Origin: an uncultured Pseudomonadota bacterium
GTDB lineage: Bacteria; Pseudomonadota; Gammaproteobacteria; Acidiferrobacterales; UBA6901
NCBI GenBank assembly: GCA_963698375.1
Contig: CAVOQN010000006.1
Coordinates: forward strand, 165,488-229,487
Direction of reading: 5' to 3'
Length of the DNA stretch: 64,000 nucleotides
Both the position numbers and the translations under genes were made by a program. Numbering within the stretch: the stretch's first letter is position 1; the number at the start of each line of letters is the position of its first letter. The notes under the pieces were generated by a model, which had not been told where the DNA came from, ran no database searches, and saw nothing but the letters and a program-made list of their open reading frames with translations. Below are positions 10,134 through 19,553 of this stretch, in pieces.

Positions 10134-11453
10134 ATGAAAAACGGCCCTGACCTTATATATCTGCTGCTTGCTGCCATGGTCGGTAGCAACACGCATTCCA
10201 TGTCTGTCGCCGATTCGACCGTCGTCAATGGTTCAATGGCGTTTAACCCGATCGCCGGTTCTGCGTACACCGCGCTTACCTCGGATCCCGTCATTCTCTC
10301 CAGCCAGCCGTGGGTCATCCCCGAGGGCTATACGCAGCGCATCATCGCAGACGAAACCAACCTGAATATTTATGCCGGCCCCGACTGGAGCGACATGAAT
10401 GTGGCCAACGAAACCGGCAAACACGCCGGCCGATATTTGTATCGCACCCACGAAGTGCGTCCGAGTTCGAGCAACCCCGGCGCCTACACCGGTGGCGCCG
10501 TGTCGGTGGTGGATCTTAAAACCGGCAAGGCCAGGGTTATGGCGCAGCGTCACGATTGGGAAGCAGTGGATGGACTCGTGTGGTCGCCGTGGGGCACGCT
10601 GCTGTTTGGCGAGGAGACCGGCAACGCCCGGTTGCGCGATCCGGATCATCCGGCGGCGATCCGCGGCCTGATTTACGAAATGAAGCCCGACACGCACGAT
10701 CCGACCCGTGCCGAATGGATAAAGGCGCGACCGATGCTCGGTTCGGTGTCGCATGAAGGCATTGAGCTCGACAGCGAGGGCAATGTGTATGTGATCGACG
10801 AATTCGCCTCGGGCGCGATCTACAAGTTCGTGCCGAAAAAGCACGGTGACCTGAGAGACGGCCAGTTGTACGCCCTAAAGCTTGATGGCAACAGCAACGC
10901 GGATCGCACCGGTCCGGCTACCTGGGTGGCGCTCGACATGGACCGCGTGCAAGTCGATGCGCGCACCGCCGCCGCAAACGCCGGTGCCACCGGCTACGGC
11001 CGCCCCGAGGATCTGGAACGCATCGGCGACAAGCTGTACGTCGCAATCACCAGCGAAGCGCGTGTGCTGTCCATCAGCCTGGGCGGCAAGCCAGTGGTGC
11101 AGAATTTTGTCCGTGCCGGGCTGAATGTCCCGGTCGAGAACCGCTCCGCCGGCATCACCGGTTTCCGCAAACCGGACAACCTGGCCAACGGACCGGACGG
11201 CAACCTCTGGATCGTGGAAGACAACGTCCCAAGTGATCTCTGGGTGGCACTGCCGGACAGCGATGGTGACGGCGCCAGCGATGGCGTGTCTCTGTTCGGT
11301 TCGCTCAAGGACAACGGTGCCGAGGGAACCGGCATCTACTTTGGCAAGGACCCCGACACGTTGTTCGTGAACGTGCAGCACTCGGTCACCGGCAATGACA
11401 AGACCATGGCGATCACGAGTCGCAAGCACCAGATTCCCAGCCGTCCCCGTTAA
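10134..11453 (+). CDS. PhoX/DUF839-like secreted beta-propeller protein, paralog 1
   Basis: ORF. Motifs GRPEDLERIGDKLYVAITSE, NLANGPDGNLWIVEDN and EGTGIYFGKDPDTLFVNVQHS resemble the PhoX C-terminal region. About 80% aa identity by eye to 23415..24737. Confidence 0.75.
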   Translation: MKNGPDLIYLLLAAMVGSNTHSMSVADSTVVNGSMAFNPIAGSAYTALTSDPVILSSQPWVIPEGYTQRIIADETNLNIYAGPDWSDMNVANETGKHAGRYLYRTHEVRPSSSNPGAYTGGAVSVVDLKTGKARVMAQRHDWEAVDGLVWSPWGTLLFGEETGNARLRDPDHPAAIRGLIYEMKPDTHDPTRAEWIKARPMLGSVSHEGIELDSEGNVYVIDEFASGAIYKFVPKKHGDLRDGQLYALKLDGNSNADRTGPATWVALDMDRVQVDARTAAANAGATGYGRPEDLERIGDKLYVAITSEARVLSISLGGKPVVQNFVRAGLNVPVENRSAGITGFRKPDNLANGPDGNLWIVEDNVPSDLWVALPDSDGDGASDGVSLFGSLKDNGAEGTGIYFGKDPDTLFVNVQHSVTGNDKTMAITSRKHQIPSRPR

Positions 11454-11456
11454 ACT

Positions 11457-11504
11457 TGGTTATCGGAGTCGGGGGCGTATAAGCTGGTAGTGATCCGGGA
11501 GTGA
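11457..11504 (+). repeat. relic of the Vgb-like gene 3' end (right flank of the PhoX-like gene)
   Basis: Translates WLSESGAYKLVVIRE*, compared with WLPESGADKLVVIRE* at 40987..41030. Confidence 0.6.
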
Positions 11505-11629
11505 AGCTTGGTTGTGGGTGGGAACTGACAAGGCCAGATATTATTCGGTGAAGGGCGGCTCTTTGCCTGACGTTGACAGCAGCGAGCCGGCAACTTATCT
11601 CAATGTGAGCAACAGCCTTGGGAGGAAAC

Positions 11630-12580
11630 ATGAAAATACGTCGCCTAGGCAGCGTGGCAGTGATGGCGAGTTTGGTGAGTGTGCTGGCGCAGGCGGCACC
11701 CACGGCGGTCGTTCTTGGCACGGCCACCAAGGGCGGCGGATTTGAACTCTACGGACAGCACCTGGCTGAGGTAATCGACGAAGCCGATGCGTCCTTGAAA
11801 ATCGAAATACGCGCCACCCGCGGCAGCGCGGAGAATCTGCCGCTGCTCGAAGCCGGCAAACTCGACATCGGACTGGTCGAAGGCAATGCCGTGCATGCGG
11901 CCTTCGAGGGCATCGACCGGCCGAAGTCCGCATTGCGTATTGTGGCCGCCATGTATCCGGGCCCCGGCATGTTCGTGGTGCGCGGCGACAGTCCGTATCG
12001 GACTGTCAGCGATTTAAAAGGAAAATCCGTGGCCTTCGGCACGCCGGCCTCGGGCCTGACCAAACTCGCGCGTGATGTGCTCGATGGTCTGGGGCTGACA
12101 CCGGAACGCGATTTTAAAGCGGTGTTTCTGGACAAGGCCGGCGATGGCCCGGCATTCGTGCTGGACGGAAAAGTCGCCGCGCTCTGGGGCGGCGGCATCG
12201 GCTGGCCGGGATTCACCAAGGTAGCCGCCGGCCCGCACGGTGCGCGCTTTATTGTTCCGGATGCAGGCGAAATCAAGTTTATTCAGGCCAAGCATCCGCA
12301 CCTGCGCCGCATGACTGTACCGGCCGGGACCTATGCCGGGCAGGACGCGCCCATTCATTCGGTAGGTTTGTGGTCGTTCGTGCTGGCACGCGCCGATCTG
12401 CCGGACGACGTGGCCTACAAGCTGGCGCGCGCCGTGCACCGCGGCGAAGCAAAACTGGCCGCGCGCCTGGCGCAGGGCCAGTATTCCACCGCGGCCAATA
12501 CCGCGAGCGAAGCGCCGCGCGCCGAGTTGCTGCATCCCGGCACGGCACGCTACCTGCGCGAAATCGGCGCACTGCGCTGA
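11630..12580 (+). CDS. TAXI-family TRAP transporter solute receptor
   Basis: ORF 11618..12580. GGAGG RBS, signal peptide, TAXI-like motif ATRGSAENLPLLEAGKLDIGLVEG. Confidence 0.85.
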   Translation: MKIRRLGSVAVMASLVSVLAQAAPTAVVLGTATKGGGFELYGQHLAEVIDEADASLKIEIRATRGSAENLPLLEAGKLDIGLVEGNAVHAAFEGIDRPKSALRIVAAMYPGPGMFVVRGDSPYRTVSDLKGKSVAFGTPASGLTKLARDVLDGLGLTPERDFKAVFLDKAGDGPAFVLDGKVAALWGGGIGWPGFTKVAAGPHGARFIVPDAGEIKFIQAKHPHLRRMTVPAGTYAGQDAPIHSVGLWSFVLARADLPDDVAYKLARAVHRGEAKLAARLAQGQYSTAANTASEAPRAELLHPGTARYLREIGALR

Positions 12581-12607
12581 AGCGGAATTATCGGCGGAAG
12601 CCCCATC

Positions 12608-12814
12608 GTGCCATACAAGACGGTTGCCGATCTGCCCGATGCCGTGCGCCAGCATCTGCCACCGGATGCCCAGCACATCTACCTGGCGGTGTTCAACAAT
12701 GCCTGGACTGAGTATGCGGAACGTGCCGACCGGGAGGTGATTGCGCACAAGGTGGCGTGGTCAGCGGTGAAGAAGCAATTCGTGAAACGCGGTGACCAGT
12801 GGGTGAAGAAGTAG
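12608..12814 (+). CDS. chaB: ChaB family protein
   Basis: 68-aa ORF. PYKTVADLPDAVRQHLPPDAQHIYLAVFNNAW...HKVAWSAVKK is typical of ChaB. Confidence 0.8.
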   Translation: MPYKTVADLPDAVRQHLPPDAQHIYLAVFNNAWTEYAERADREVIAHKVAWSAVKKQFVKRGDQWVKK

Positions 12815-12853
12815 CGGCCGCAACGCCATGACCTCAACATTGGCAGAGGCCGG

Positions 12854-13087
12854 TCAGTCTGGACAGTAGCAGTTGGTTACATGCCAGTCCGGATGGAAAC
12901 GCTTGCCGTGCTCTTCGCATGCGCCGCGCGCCGCGGCGATCGTGTCCGCGTAGAAATATTCGTGGCACAGGCGACACTTGCAGAATTTTGGTTCCTTGGT
13001 GACGGAGTGTGTTGTCGGCCTGTGCTTCGGTTCGCTCACATTCTCTTCCTGTTGTGCTTCACACACGCTTGCGTCGGGTGCACACAT
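12854..13087 (-). CDS. small cysteine-rich hypothetical protein
   Basis: 77-aa ORF. Its ATG overlaps the stop of the upstream PfpI gene (TGATG). I recognise no family. Confidence 0.45.
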   Translation of the reverse strand: MCAPDASVCEAQQEENVSEPKHRPTTHSVTKEPKFCKCRLCHEYFYADTIAAARGACEEHGKRFHPDWHVTNCYCPD

Positions 13088-13608
13088 CAGGCCGCGGTCG
13101 CGGCGACAGCCTGCAGTATTTTTATGAACTCGCGCAGGAAGGCGGGCAGGTCGGCCGGCGTGCGCGAGGTGACGAGATTGCCATCCACCACCACCTCGGC
13201 ATCGCGATAATTGGCACCGGCGGCCTTGAGTTCGTCCGCCACCGAGCGGTAAGCCGTGGCCGTGCGGCCAGACAACACGCCGGCCGAGATCAGCACTTGT
13301 GGTCCGTGGCAGATGGCGGCCACCGGTTTGCCAGCCGCAAAGAAATGCCGTACCAACGCCAGAACTTGTGCATCCTGGCGCAGTGCCGCCGGCGCCTTGC
13401 CGCCCGGCAGCAGGAGCGCGTCGTAGTCTTCGGGGCGAATCCCGGCTATCGCGCGGTTGGCGTGCACGCTTTCGCCGTGCTTGCCGCGAATCGGACCGAC
13501 CGTGAACGAACCGATATCCACCTGCATGCCTTCATCGCGCAGTCGCGCCAGCGGCACAAGCAGCTCTGAATCCTCGAAGCGGTCAGCGCCCAGAATCAGG
13601 ATCTTCAT
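13087..13608 (-). CDS. DJ-1/PfpI family protein
   Basis: MKILILGADRFEDSEL...GKPVAAICHGPQVLISAG nucleophile-elbow motif. Confidence 0.9.
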   Translation of the reverse strand: MKILILGADRFEDSELLVPLARLRDEGMQVDIGSFTVGPIRGKHGESVHANRAIAGIRPEDYDALLLPGGKAPAALRQDAQVLALVRHFFAAGKPVAAICHGPQVLISAGVLSGRTATAYRSVADELKAAGANYRDAEVVVDGNLVTSRTPADLPAFLREFIKILQAVAATAA

Positions 13609-14351
13609 TTCCGCCCTGCGACGCGCCGGACTTCCAGGTGGTTGACCACGTTGCGCACTCCGACCAGATACCAGGCGTTGTACTCGGTTTGGCGCCGCTC
13701 CTCCTCGTTGGTGACCACGCCGCTCAACGTGACAACATGATCGCGAACGCTGATACCGATATCGCCGGCATGCGGCATGAGCGGGTCTTTCTCCAGAACC
13801 AGGCGCAAGGCATCGGTGATCTCGCCATCGTTATCGGCCTCGGGTGGCACGACCTTCATCTCGTTCAGCACGTCGCGGCAACCCGGTGCCCACCACGCCA
13901 GTGCCCCGGTCAGCCGTTTGTGCGACAGGCTGCCGAGATGTCCGTTGAGTTCTACCACGCCATCCACAACGGTCACGCCGATAACGTCCTTGCCGCCCGG
14001 CGGGACGCGCAACGTCTCCATCACGCCCTTGTGATAAACATGCAGTGCACAATCGCGCAGTGTCGGCTCGTTGAGGATCGCCTGCGTGATCGACTCGCGG
14101 ATCGCGCCATCGCCGCGCGGCTCGCTCGGTCGCACGCGCAGCCGGTCCATGATGCCGTCGACACCGTCCACACGGCTGACACACTCGTAGGCGCGCCGCT
14201 TGGCGATGACACTGTCGACCTCGCCTTCGAGTATGAGTGAGCGGTCCACAACGTTGTATTCGATTTGCACCGGCCTGCGGTGCTGCTTCACCGCCGGCTC
14301 GCGCTCGAGCGCCGCAAGCACGGCCTTCTCCACTGCGGTTCGTTCGGCCAT
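13605..14351 (-). CDS. BON domain-containing protein
   Basis: ORF 13605..14378. Repeated BON-like segments. GGAGG before ATG 14351. ATGA overlap with the PfpI start. Confidence 0.8.
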   Translation of the reverse strand: MAERTAVEKAVLAALEREPAVKQHRRPVQIEYNVVDRSLILEGEVDSVIAKRRAYECVSRVDGVDGIMDRLRVRPSEPRGDGAIRESITQAILNEPTLRDCALHVYHKGVMETLRVPPGGKDVIGVTVVDGVVELNGHLGSLSHKRLTGALAWWAPGCRDVLNEMKVVPPEADNDGEITDALRLVLEKDPLMPHAGDIGISVRDHVVTLSGVVTNEEERRQTEYNAWYLVGVRNVVNHLEVRRVAGRK

Positions 14352-14644
14352 ACCGCCTCCTTCATCCGGTTGAGGCATTGATGAGGAAAATAGTGTATGC
14401 CGCGAAACACGGCGGCTGCATTGCGGAAGGTCAAAAAAAACCGCTTCGTAGCGGGAGGATCGGGGCGAAAATCATTCGCGACAACTCCTCTGTGGCCCGG
14501 TTTTCTGCCGATATTGGCAATCGGCAGGTGTCGGGTTGTTGAAAACGCCTGCCTGTGCGTAAATGCCAGCAGTCGTGCAGAAGTTGCAGGGCCCCCTCGA
14601 TCACATGGCGCACTCATGATCCATTCACATTTCGCTGCACCCTC

Positions 14645-15472
14645 ATGCCGGTAGCTTTCTGGTTGCTGCGTCTGGCGATACATCTGTTGAGTCTGGTCTC
14701 ACCAGAATTGGCCGCGCGCTGGGTGTATCGCCTGTGGTTTCAGCCGCTGCGTTATCCCGAACCACAGCAGGAAAAGGAATGGCGCCGCACGGCCCAACCG
14801 CTAACCGTGATGCATCGCGGTCAAACGCTGGCGGTTGAGTCCTGGGGAGCGGGGCCGACTGTATTGATGGTGCACGGCTGGAACGGGCGCGGCATGCAAC
14901 TCGGTGCCTTCGCGCCCGCGCTGGTAAAGGCCGGCTACCGGGTTGTGACGTTTGATACGCCGGCACACGGCCGCTCGCCGGGGCGCGCCACCAACATGCC
15001 GGAAATCAGCGAAGCCATCCAGGAGGTCGCGCGCGCCTGCGGGCCGGTGCACGCGGTGATCGGTCATTCCTTTGGTGTCGCCTGCACGCTCCTCGCGGTG
15101 CAGCAGGGGCTGAACGTGAACCGCATTGTCGCCATCAGCCCGCCGCACAACGTGCGCGGCCTCACGCAGAAGTTTTTCACGGCACTGGATATCGGCACGC
15201 CGGTACAGGAAATCTTTAACCGGAAATTTGAGAAGAAATTCGGCGCCGACCTGTGGGAACGATTTTCCACTGAAGTGCTGGCACGCCAACTCAGTGTGCC
15301 GGGCCTGATTGTTCACGACCAGGACGACCGCGACGTTCCCCTGGCCGAAGGCGAAGCCGTGGCACAGGCCTGGCCGGGGGCGCAGCTCGTTCGCACCACG
15401 GGCCTCGGCCATCGCCGCATCCTGCGCGACCCGGAAGTCATTGCGCGCGTCACGGCGTTTATCGCAGCCTGA
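14645..15472 (+). CDS. alpha/beta hydrolase
   Basis: ORF 14555..15472. HGWNGRG oxyanion region and GHSFG nucleophile elbow. Confidence 0.8.
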   Translation: MPVAFWLLRLAIHLLSLVSPELAARWVYRLWFQPLRYPEPQQEKEWRRTAQPLTVMHRGQTLAVESWGAGPTVLMVHGWNGRGMQLGAFAPALVKAGYRVVTFDTPAHGRSPGRATNMPEISEAIQEVARACGPVHAVIGHSFGVACTLLAVQQGLNVNRIVAISPPHNVRGLTQKFFTALDIGTPVQEIFNRKFEKKFGADLWERFSTEVLARQLSVPGLIVHDQDDRDVPLAEGEAVAQAWPGAQLVRTTGLGHRRILRDPEVIARVTAFIAA

Positions 15473-15627
15473 CCCCAGGCTGTACGGTAACGCCGCAATC
15501 AAGGCGTTACGGGTGGCGGTCGTGTACGCGTGTTCATGACATGAACTAATTCAATCCAGAGCAGCACTCATGGCATCCGTAGAAGGGGTGTCTCTCGGGA
15601 CCGGATTGCTGTGCTGATATGCCACGT

Positions 15628-16975
15628 TCAGGTATCGACCGCAAACGACACTTCCACGCACAGGCCCTTGCCGTCCTCGCCCGCGGCGAGGGTGACGTGC
15701 GCGTGATGCAGATCGGCTATGCGCTTGACGATGGACAGGCCAAGGCCGCTGCCGGTTTGTTCGGTGCCGAGCACGCGATAGAAGCGCTCCCAAACAAGTG
15801 GCTGCGCCTCGGCCGGGATGCCCGGGCCCTGATCGACAACGGAAAAAACTGCCTGGCCATCGCGGCTTGCGATGGCCACCCGCACCTGGCTTCCGGATGG
15901 GCTGTAGCGTATGGCGTTGTCGATGAGATTGCGCATCAGGATACCGAGCAAGGTGGCAACGCCGGGCGCGCGCACCGCGGCACCTTCCGCCAGTTGCAGC
16001 GTCGATGTTTTTTTGAATGGCAACGGGCGCCAGCGCGGAGATCACGTCCACGGCCAGCGCGCGCAAGTCGCAGGATTCGCCTGACTGAAGTTGTTCCGGC
16101 TCCAGCCGGGCGAGCGTCAGCAGTTGCTCCACCAGGTGCGCGGCACGCGTGCAGCCGAGCACGACGTTGTCCAGTGCACGCTGCCGTTCCGCATCCGCTG
16201 CGGCGGCGCGTGCCACTTGCGCCTGGGTCATGATGGCGGCCAACGGCGTGCGCAATTCATGCGCGGCATCGGCGGTGAAGCGCCGCTCCTTGTCGAGCGA
16301 GTCGCGCAGACGCGCGAACAGCTGGTTGAGTCCCTCCACCAGCGGCATGACCTCGACGGGAACAGAACTGCCTTCCAGCGGCGTGAGATTGTCGGCGCGC
16401 CGTTGCGCAACCTGGTTACTCAGTGATTGCAAAGGGCGCAGGCTGCGCGCGACGCCGAACCAGATGAGCAGGCCCAGCACTGGCAGCGCGAACAGCATCG
16501 GCCGCAACAGGTTTTCGGCAATGGTTTCCGCCAGCTCGTCGCGCACTTTGCGACGCTCGCCGACCTGGATGAGGTAGTGCCGCGAGTCGTCCCAGGCGCT
16601 GAACACGCGCCAGGATTTGCCATCGACACGGCTGTTGCTGAATCCTTCCTGCGTGGTTGACAACGGTGAGTTCGGCGCGCTGGCCGAATGCAGCACCAGC
16701 TTGCGTCCTTTCTCCCACACCTGAAACGCCACGTTGCGGCTGTAGCGGTGCAGTGGCGGTGCGTGTTCGGTGTCGTAGTCATCGGCTTCGTGGCCGATCT
16801 GAACGAACAGCAGTGAGGCGGACTGGGCCAGGTGCGCGTCGAGCAGTTCATCCAGCTCGTGACGCGTGTCCCGATAGCTGAAGATCAGGGTAACGCCCCA
16901 GGCCAGCAGCGTGACCAGCAGCAACACCACCAGCAGGCGGCGCTTGATGGAATGCCGGGTGCGTCGCTCAGTCAT
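15628..16975 (-). pseudogene. two-component sensor histidine kinase (QseC-like), frameshifted in a 7-nt homopolymer
   Basis: ORF 15551..16984 carries TM/HAMP/HisKA (FTADAAHELRTPL) and then leaves frame. ORF 15628..16023 carries HATPase_c (NLIDNAIRYS, GSGLGLSIV). The join is at T7 (fwd) 16008-16014. Confidence 0.8.
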
Positions 16976-17636
16976 GCGCGTCACGCGGTATCAGGTAGCC
17001 CACGCCCCGGATGGTGTGCACCAGTTCCGGCGCCAGTTTACGTCGCAGGTGGTGCACATGCACTTCTATTGCGTTGCTGCCTGGTTCTTCGCCCCACGCG
17101 TACAGCCGCTGCTCCAGTTGCTCGCGCGACAGCACGCGCCCGGCGTTGAGCATCAGTTCATGCAGCAGGGAAAATTCGCGCGCGCTGAGTTCAACCGGCT
17201 GGCCGCGGAACAGCACGCGGTGTTCCGCCGGATTCAACTCCAGATCATTCACATGCAGGGTCGCCGCCGCTTCGCCGCGGCTGCGGCGTGTGAGGGCGCG
17301 CACGCGCGCCGCCAGTTCATGCAGATCGAACGGCTTCACGACATAGTCGTCCGCGCCACTGTCCAGCCCTTTGATGCGATCTTCAATAGCATCGCGCGCT
17401 GTCAGGATCAGCACTGGCACGGTATTACCGCGGGTACGCACGCGATTCAGCAGTTCCAGTCCGGAAAGCTTCGGCAGGCCGAGATCAAGCACCACCGCCG
17501 CATAGGTTTCGGTTTGCAGCGCCGCATCCGCCTGCGCGCCGTCCTTCACCCAATCGACCGCGAAACCGGCTTGACCCAGTCCGGCCTGAATACCGTCACC
17601 GAGCAGACTGTCGTCTTCGACCAGCAATAGGCGCAT
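16968..17636 (-). CDS. OmpR-family response regulator
   Basis: MRLLLVEDD...VLDLGLP receiver domain plus winged-helix C-terminus. Overlaps the kinase start by 8 nt. Confidence 0.9.
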   Translation of the reverse strand: MRLLLVEDDSLLGDGIQAGLGQAGFAVDWVKDGAQADAALQTETYAAVVLDLGLPKLSGLELLNRVRTRGNTVPVLILTARDAIEDRIKGLDSGADDYVVKPFDLHELAARVRALTRRSRGEAAATLHVNDLELNPAEHRVLFRGQPVELSAREFSLLHELMLNAGRVLSREQLEQRLYAWGEEPGSNAIEVHVHHLRRKLAPELVHTIRGVGYLIPRDAHD

Positions 17637-17640
17637 GCCG

Positions 17641-18246
17641 CTATCTTATGACACTCCACAGCACAGCCATACTGGTCAGCAGGCCGGCACCGAGCAGCCA
17701 ATGCGCACGGCCCACACCCTGACCGGGTTCGCCGGTTTTGTAACCGTTGATCATCGCGCGCACCAGATTCTCGCGGTGCAACAGGCTGCTGACCAGCACG
17801 CCGAGCACATGCACCGACACAAGCGCCAGCATGGTGTTGGCAATACCTTCGTGCAGATCTTCCAGCCACTCGCCGCCAATCTTTTCGTAGGTCGCGTAGC
17901 CGGTAACGCCCGCGAGCAGACCCAGGAACAGCAGTCCGAAAATCACCCAGCTGCCCGCCGGGTTATGGCCCACGTAGTGTTGTGGAGAACGGGTGAGCAG
18001 CGACTTGAGGTAGGCCACAACTTTGGCGGGACGCAAGGTAAAGGCACTGAAGCGCGCATAACGTGTCCCGACGATGCCCCACAGCAGGCGGAAGCCGATC
18101 AGCCCGAGCATGGAATAACCGATCAGCACGTGCACGTCTCGAAAGTATTCCGACTCTGCGGTCAGAAACGCGCCGACAAAGGAAATGGCCAGCAGCCAGT
18201 GAAACAGGCGAGTAGGGATATCCCACACCAGAATGCGTGTTTTCAT
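17641..18246 (-). CDS. cytochrome b561 family protein
   Basis: Start MKTRILVWDIPTRLFHWLL with a GAAGGAGAA RBS. Four TM segments with conserved His residues. The longer 393-aa ORF is a spurious extension. Confidence 0.85.
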   Translation of the reverse strand: MKTRILVWDIPTRLFHWLLAISFVGAFLTAESEYFRDVHVLIGYSMLGLIGFRLLWGIVGTRYARFSAFTLRPAKVVAYLKSLLTRSPQHYVGHNPAGSWVIFGLLFLGLLAGVTGYATYEKIGGEWLEDLHEGIANTMLALVSVHVLGVLVSSLLHRENLVRAMINGYKTGEPGQGVGRAHWLLGAGLLTSMAVLWSVIR

Positions 18247-18257
18247 GCTGTTCTCCT

Positions 18258-18716
18258 TCATTTCGGCAGTCGTATGCCGCGTTCGCTGTAATTGCCCTTG
18301 TCGCCGTCGACATGGCAGGCCGAGCAGTTGGCCGCGCTTTTTACTTTCGGGTTGTTCCAGGTGTGCGCCGGCACCTCGTCGTGCTCGTGCATGAACCAGC
18401 GGGTTTCGGTAATGCGCAGCACCGGCGTCGAGGAGCCGGTACGATCGCGCCCCGCGTTCTGTTCCAGGAAGGCTGTAACGCGGGCCGCGGTCTGCGGATC
18501 GAGGCTGGCGTCTGTGCCGAAATGCTTGTCGAGTCCGGACATCAGTGCGCGCCACGATCGCACCGGCAACAGCCGTGGCGGATAGGCGATGTGGCAGCTG
18601 GCGCATTCGGCCTGATAAGTCGGGTCGCTGATGTTGTAGACATGGTCGCCGGCCTCGGCCAGGCCGGTGCCGCCGGCAAGCGCAAGAATAAAACCAAAAC
18701 GTTTCATCAAGTGCAT
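18258..18716 (-). CDS. diheme cytochrome c
   Basis: Signal peptide and two CxxCH motifs (CASCH, CSACH). Confidence 0.8.
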   Translation of the reverse strand: MHLMKRFGFILALAGGTGLAEAGDHVYNISDPTYQAECASCHIAYPPRLLPVRSWRALMSGLDKHFGTDASLDPQTAARVTAFLEQNAGRDRTGSSTPVLRITETRWFMHEHDEVPAHTWNNPKVKSAANCSACHVDGDKGNYSERGIRLPK

Positions 18717-18728
18717 GACAGGCTCCTG

Positions 18729-19145
18729 TTAGCGGACGGACATGAGATAGGTGAGCACATCGCCTTTTTCCGCGGGCGTGCAGGCGCGGCCGAGCACATC
18801 GTTGCAATTGCGCCGGAACCACTTCTCAACCTTGTCGGCCCGGGCAAAGCGTTCGGCATTGGCTGCTGGCGCGAGCGGCGCAATTGGCTTGTCGGTTTTG
18901 GCATGCCGGCCCTCAGTCGCCGGATTGCGCGTATGGCAGGCGGCACAACTCCACTCCCGCCCATGGGTACTGGTAAAGAAGGCCGCGCCGCGCGTGGCGG
19001 AGAAACCGGCGAAGCCGGTCTGTTCCTGTCGCGCTGCCGCCTCAAAGGTACGCAGGAAATCCGCCGGGGTTTCGGCGCGGGCCGAGACGGCAAGCGCCAC
19101 AGCCAGCGCGGCGAGGCCGGCTCGGACCAGAGGGAATGTGTGCAT
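18729..19145 (-). CDS. DUF1924-type monoheme cytochrome c
   Basis: Signal peptide, CAACH, and the C-terminal motif KVEKWFRRNCNDVLGRACTPAEKGDVLTYL. Confidence 0.75.
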   Translation of the reverse strand: MHTFPLVRAGLAALAVALAVSARAETPADFLRTFEAAARQEQTGFAGFSATRGAAFFTSTHGREWSCAACHTRNPATEGRHAKTDKPIAPLAPAANAERFARADKVEKWFRRNCNDVLGRACTPAEKGDVLTYLMSVR

Positions 19146-19553
19146 GGTGATGTCTCCCGCAGCGGTTGATTGCGGGACATACCCTAGCGCCCGAACCTTA
19201 TGGGAAACTTAACAGTGGCAATGAATCCGCGAGTATCCGGGCAGGAGAGGAGTTGTCGCGTATATTAGGAAGAATTCCCCTCTGGCGCGGGTTTTCGATG
19301 AGCAACTTCCGCACCTGATGAGCAAGATCGGTGTCTACACCTTATATAACCCGGAAGACTCGGTGACCAGAAAGAATTCAGCCGTCCCATCCAGGCCGAC
19401 GCTCGCGCCTGGAACGTTTCCTCATCCGGCACCAGGCCGGCATGCCGCGCACCATGTTGCGCTACGCCATTGGGCATCTGCCAGTGCCACAGCGCGGCGT
19501 TATCTTCAGGACAAGTCAGCACGAAGAGCGCAGCCGTTCGGAGCTTTACCGGA

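Noticed and set aside
17641-18822. The 393-aa ORF that extends the cytochrome b561 gene upstream.
   Set aside because: The extension overlaps the diheme cytochrome c gene in another frame and is Arg/Pro-rich nonsense. A strong RBS and the conserved N-terminus define the start at 18246.
19146-19553. A possible small gene on the minus strand (part of ORF 19265..19747, ..LTCPEDNAALWHWQMPNGVAQHG..) in the 400-bp gap after the hydrolase-like lipoprotein gene.
   Set aside because: There is no convincing start. The C-terminal third uses rare codons (ATA, AGG, AGA). I recognise no family. It may be a decayed gene, so I left it uncalled.
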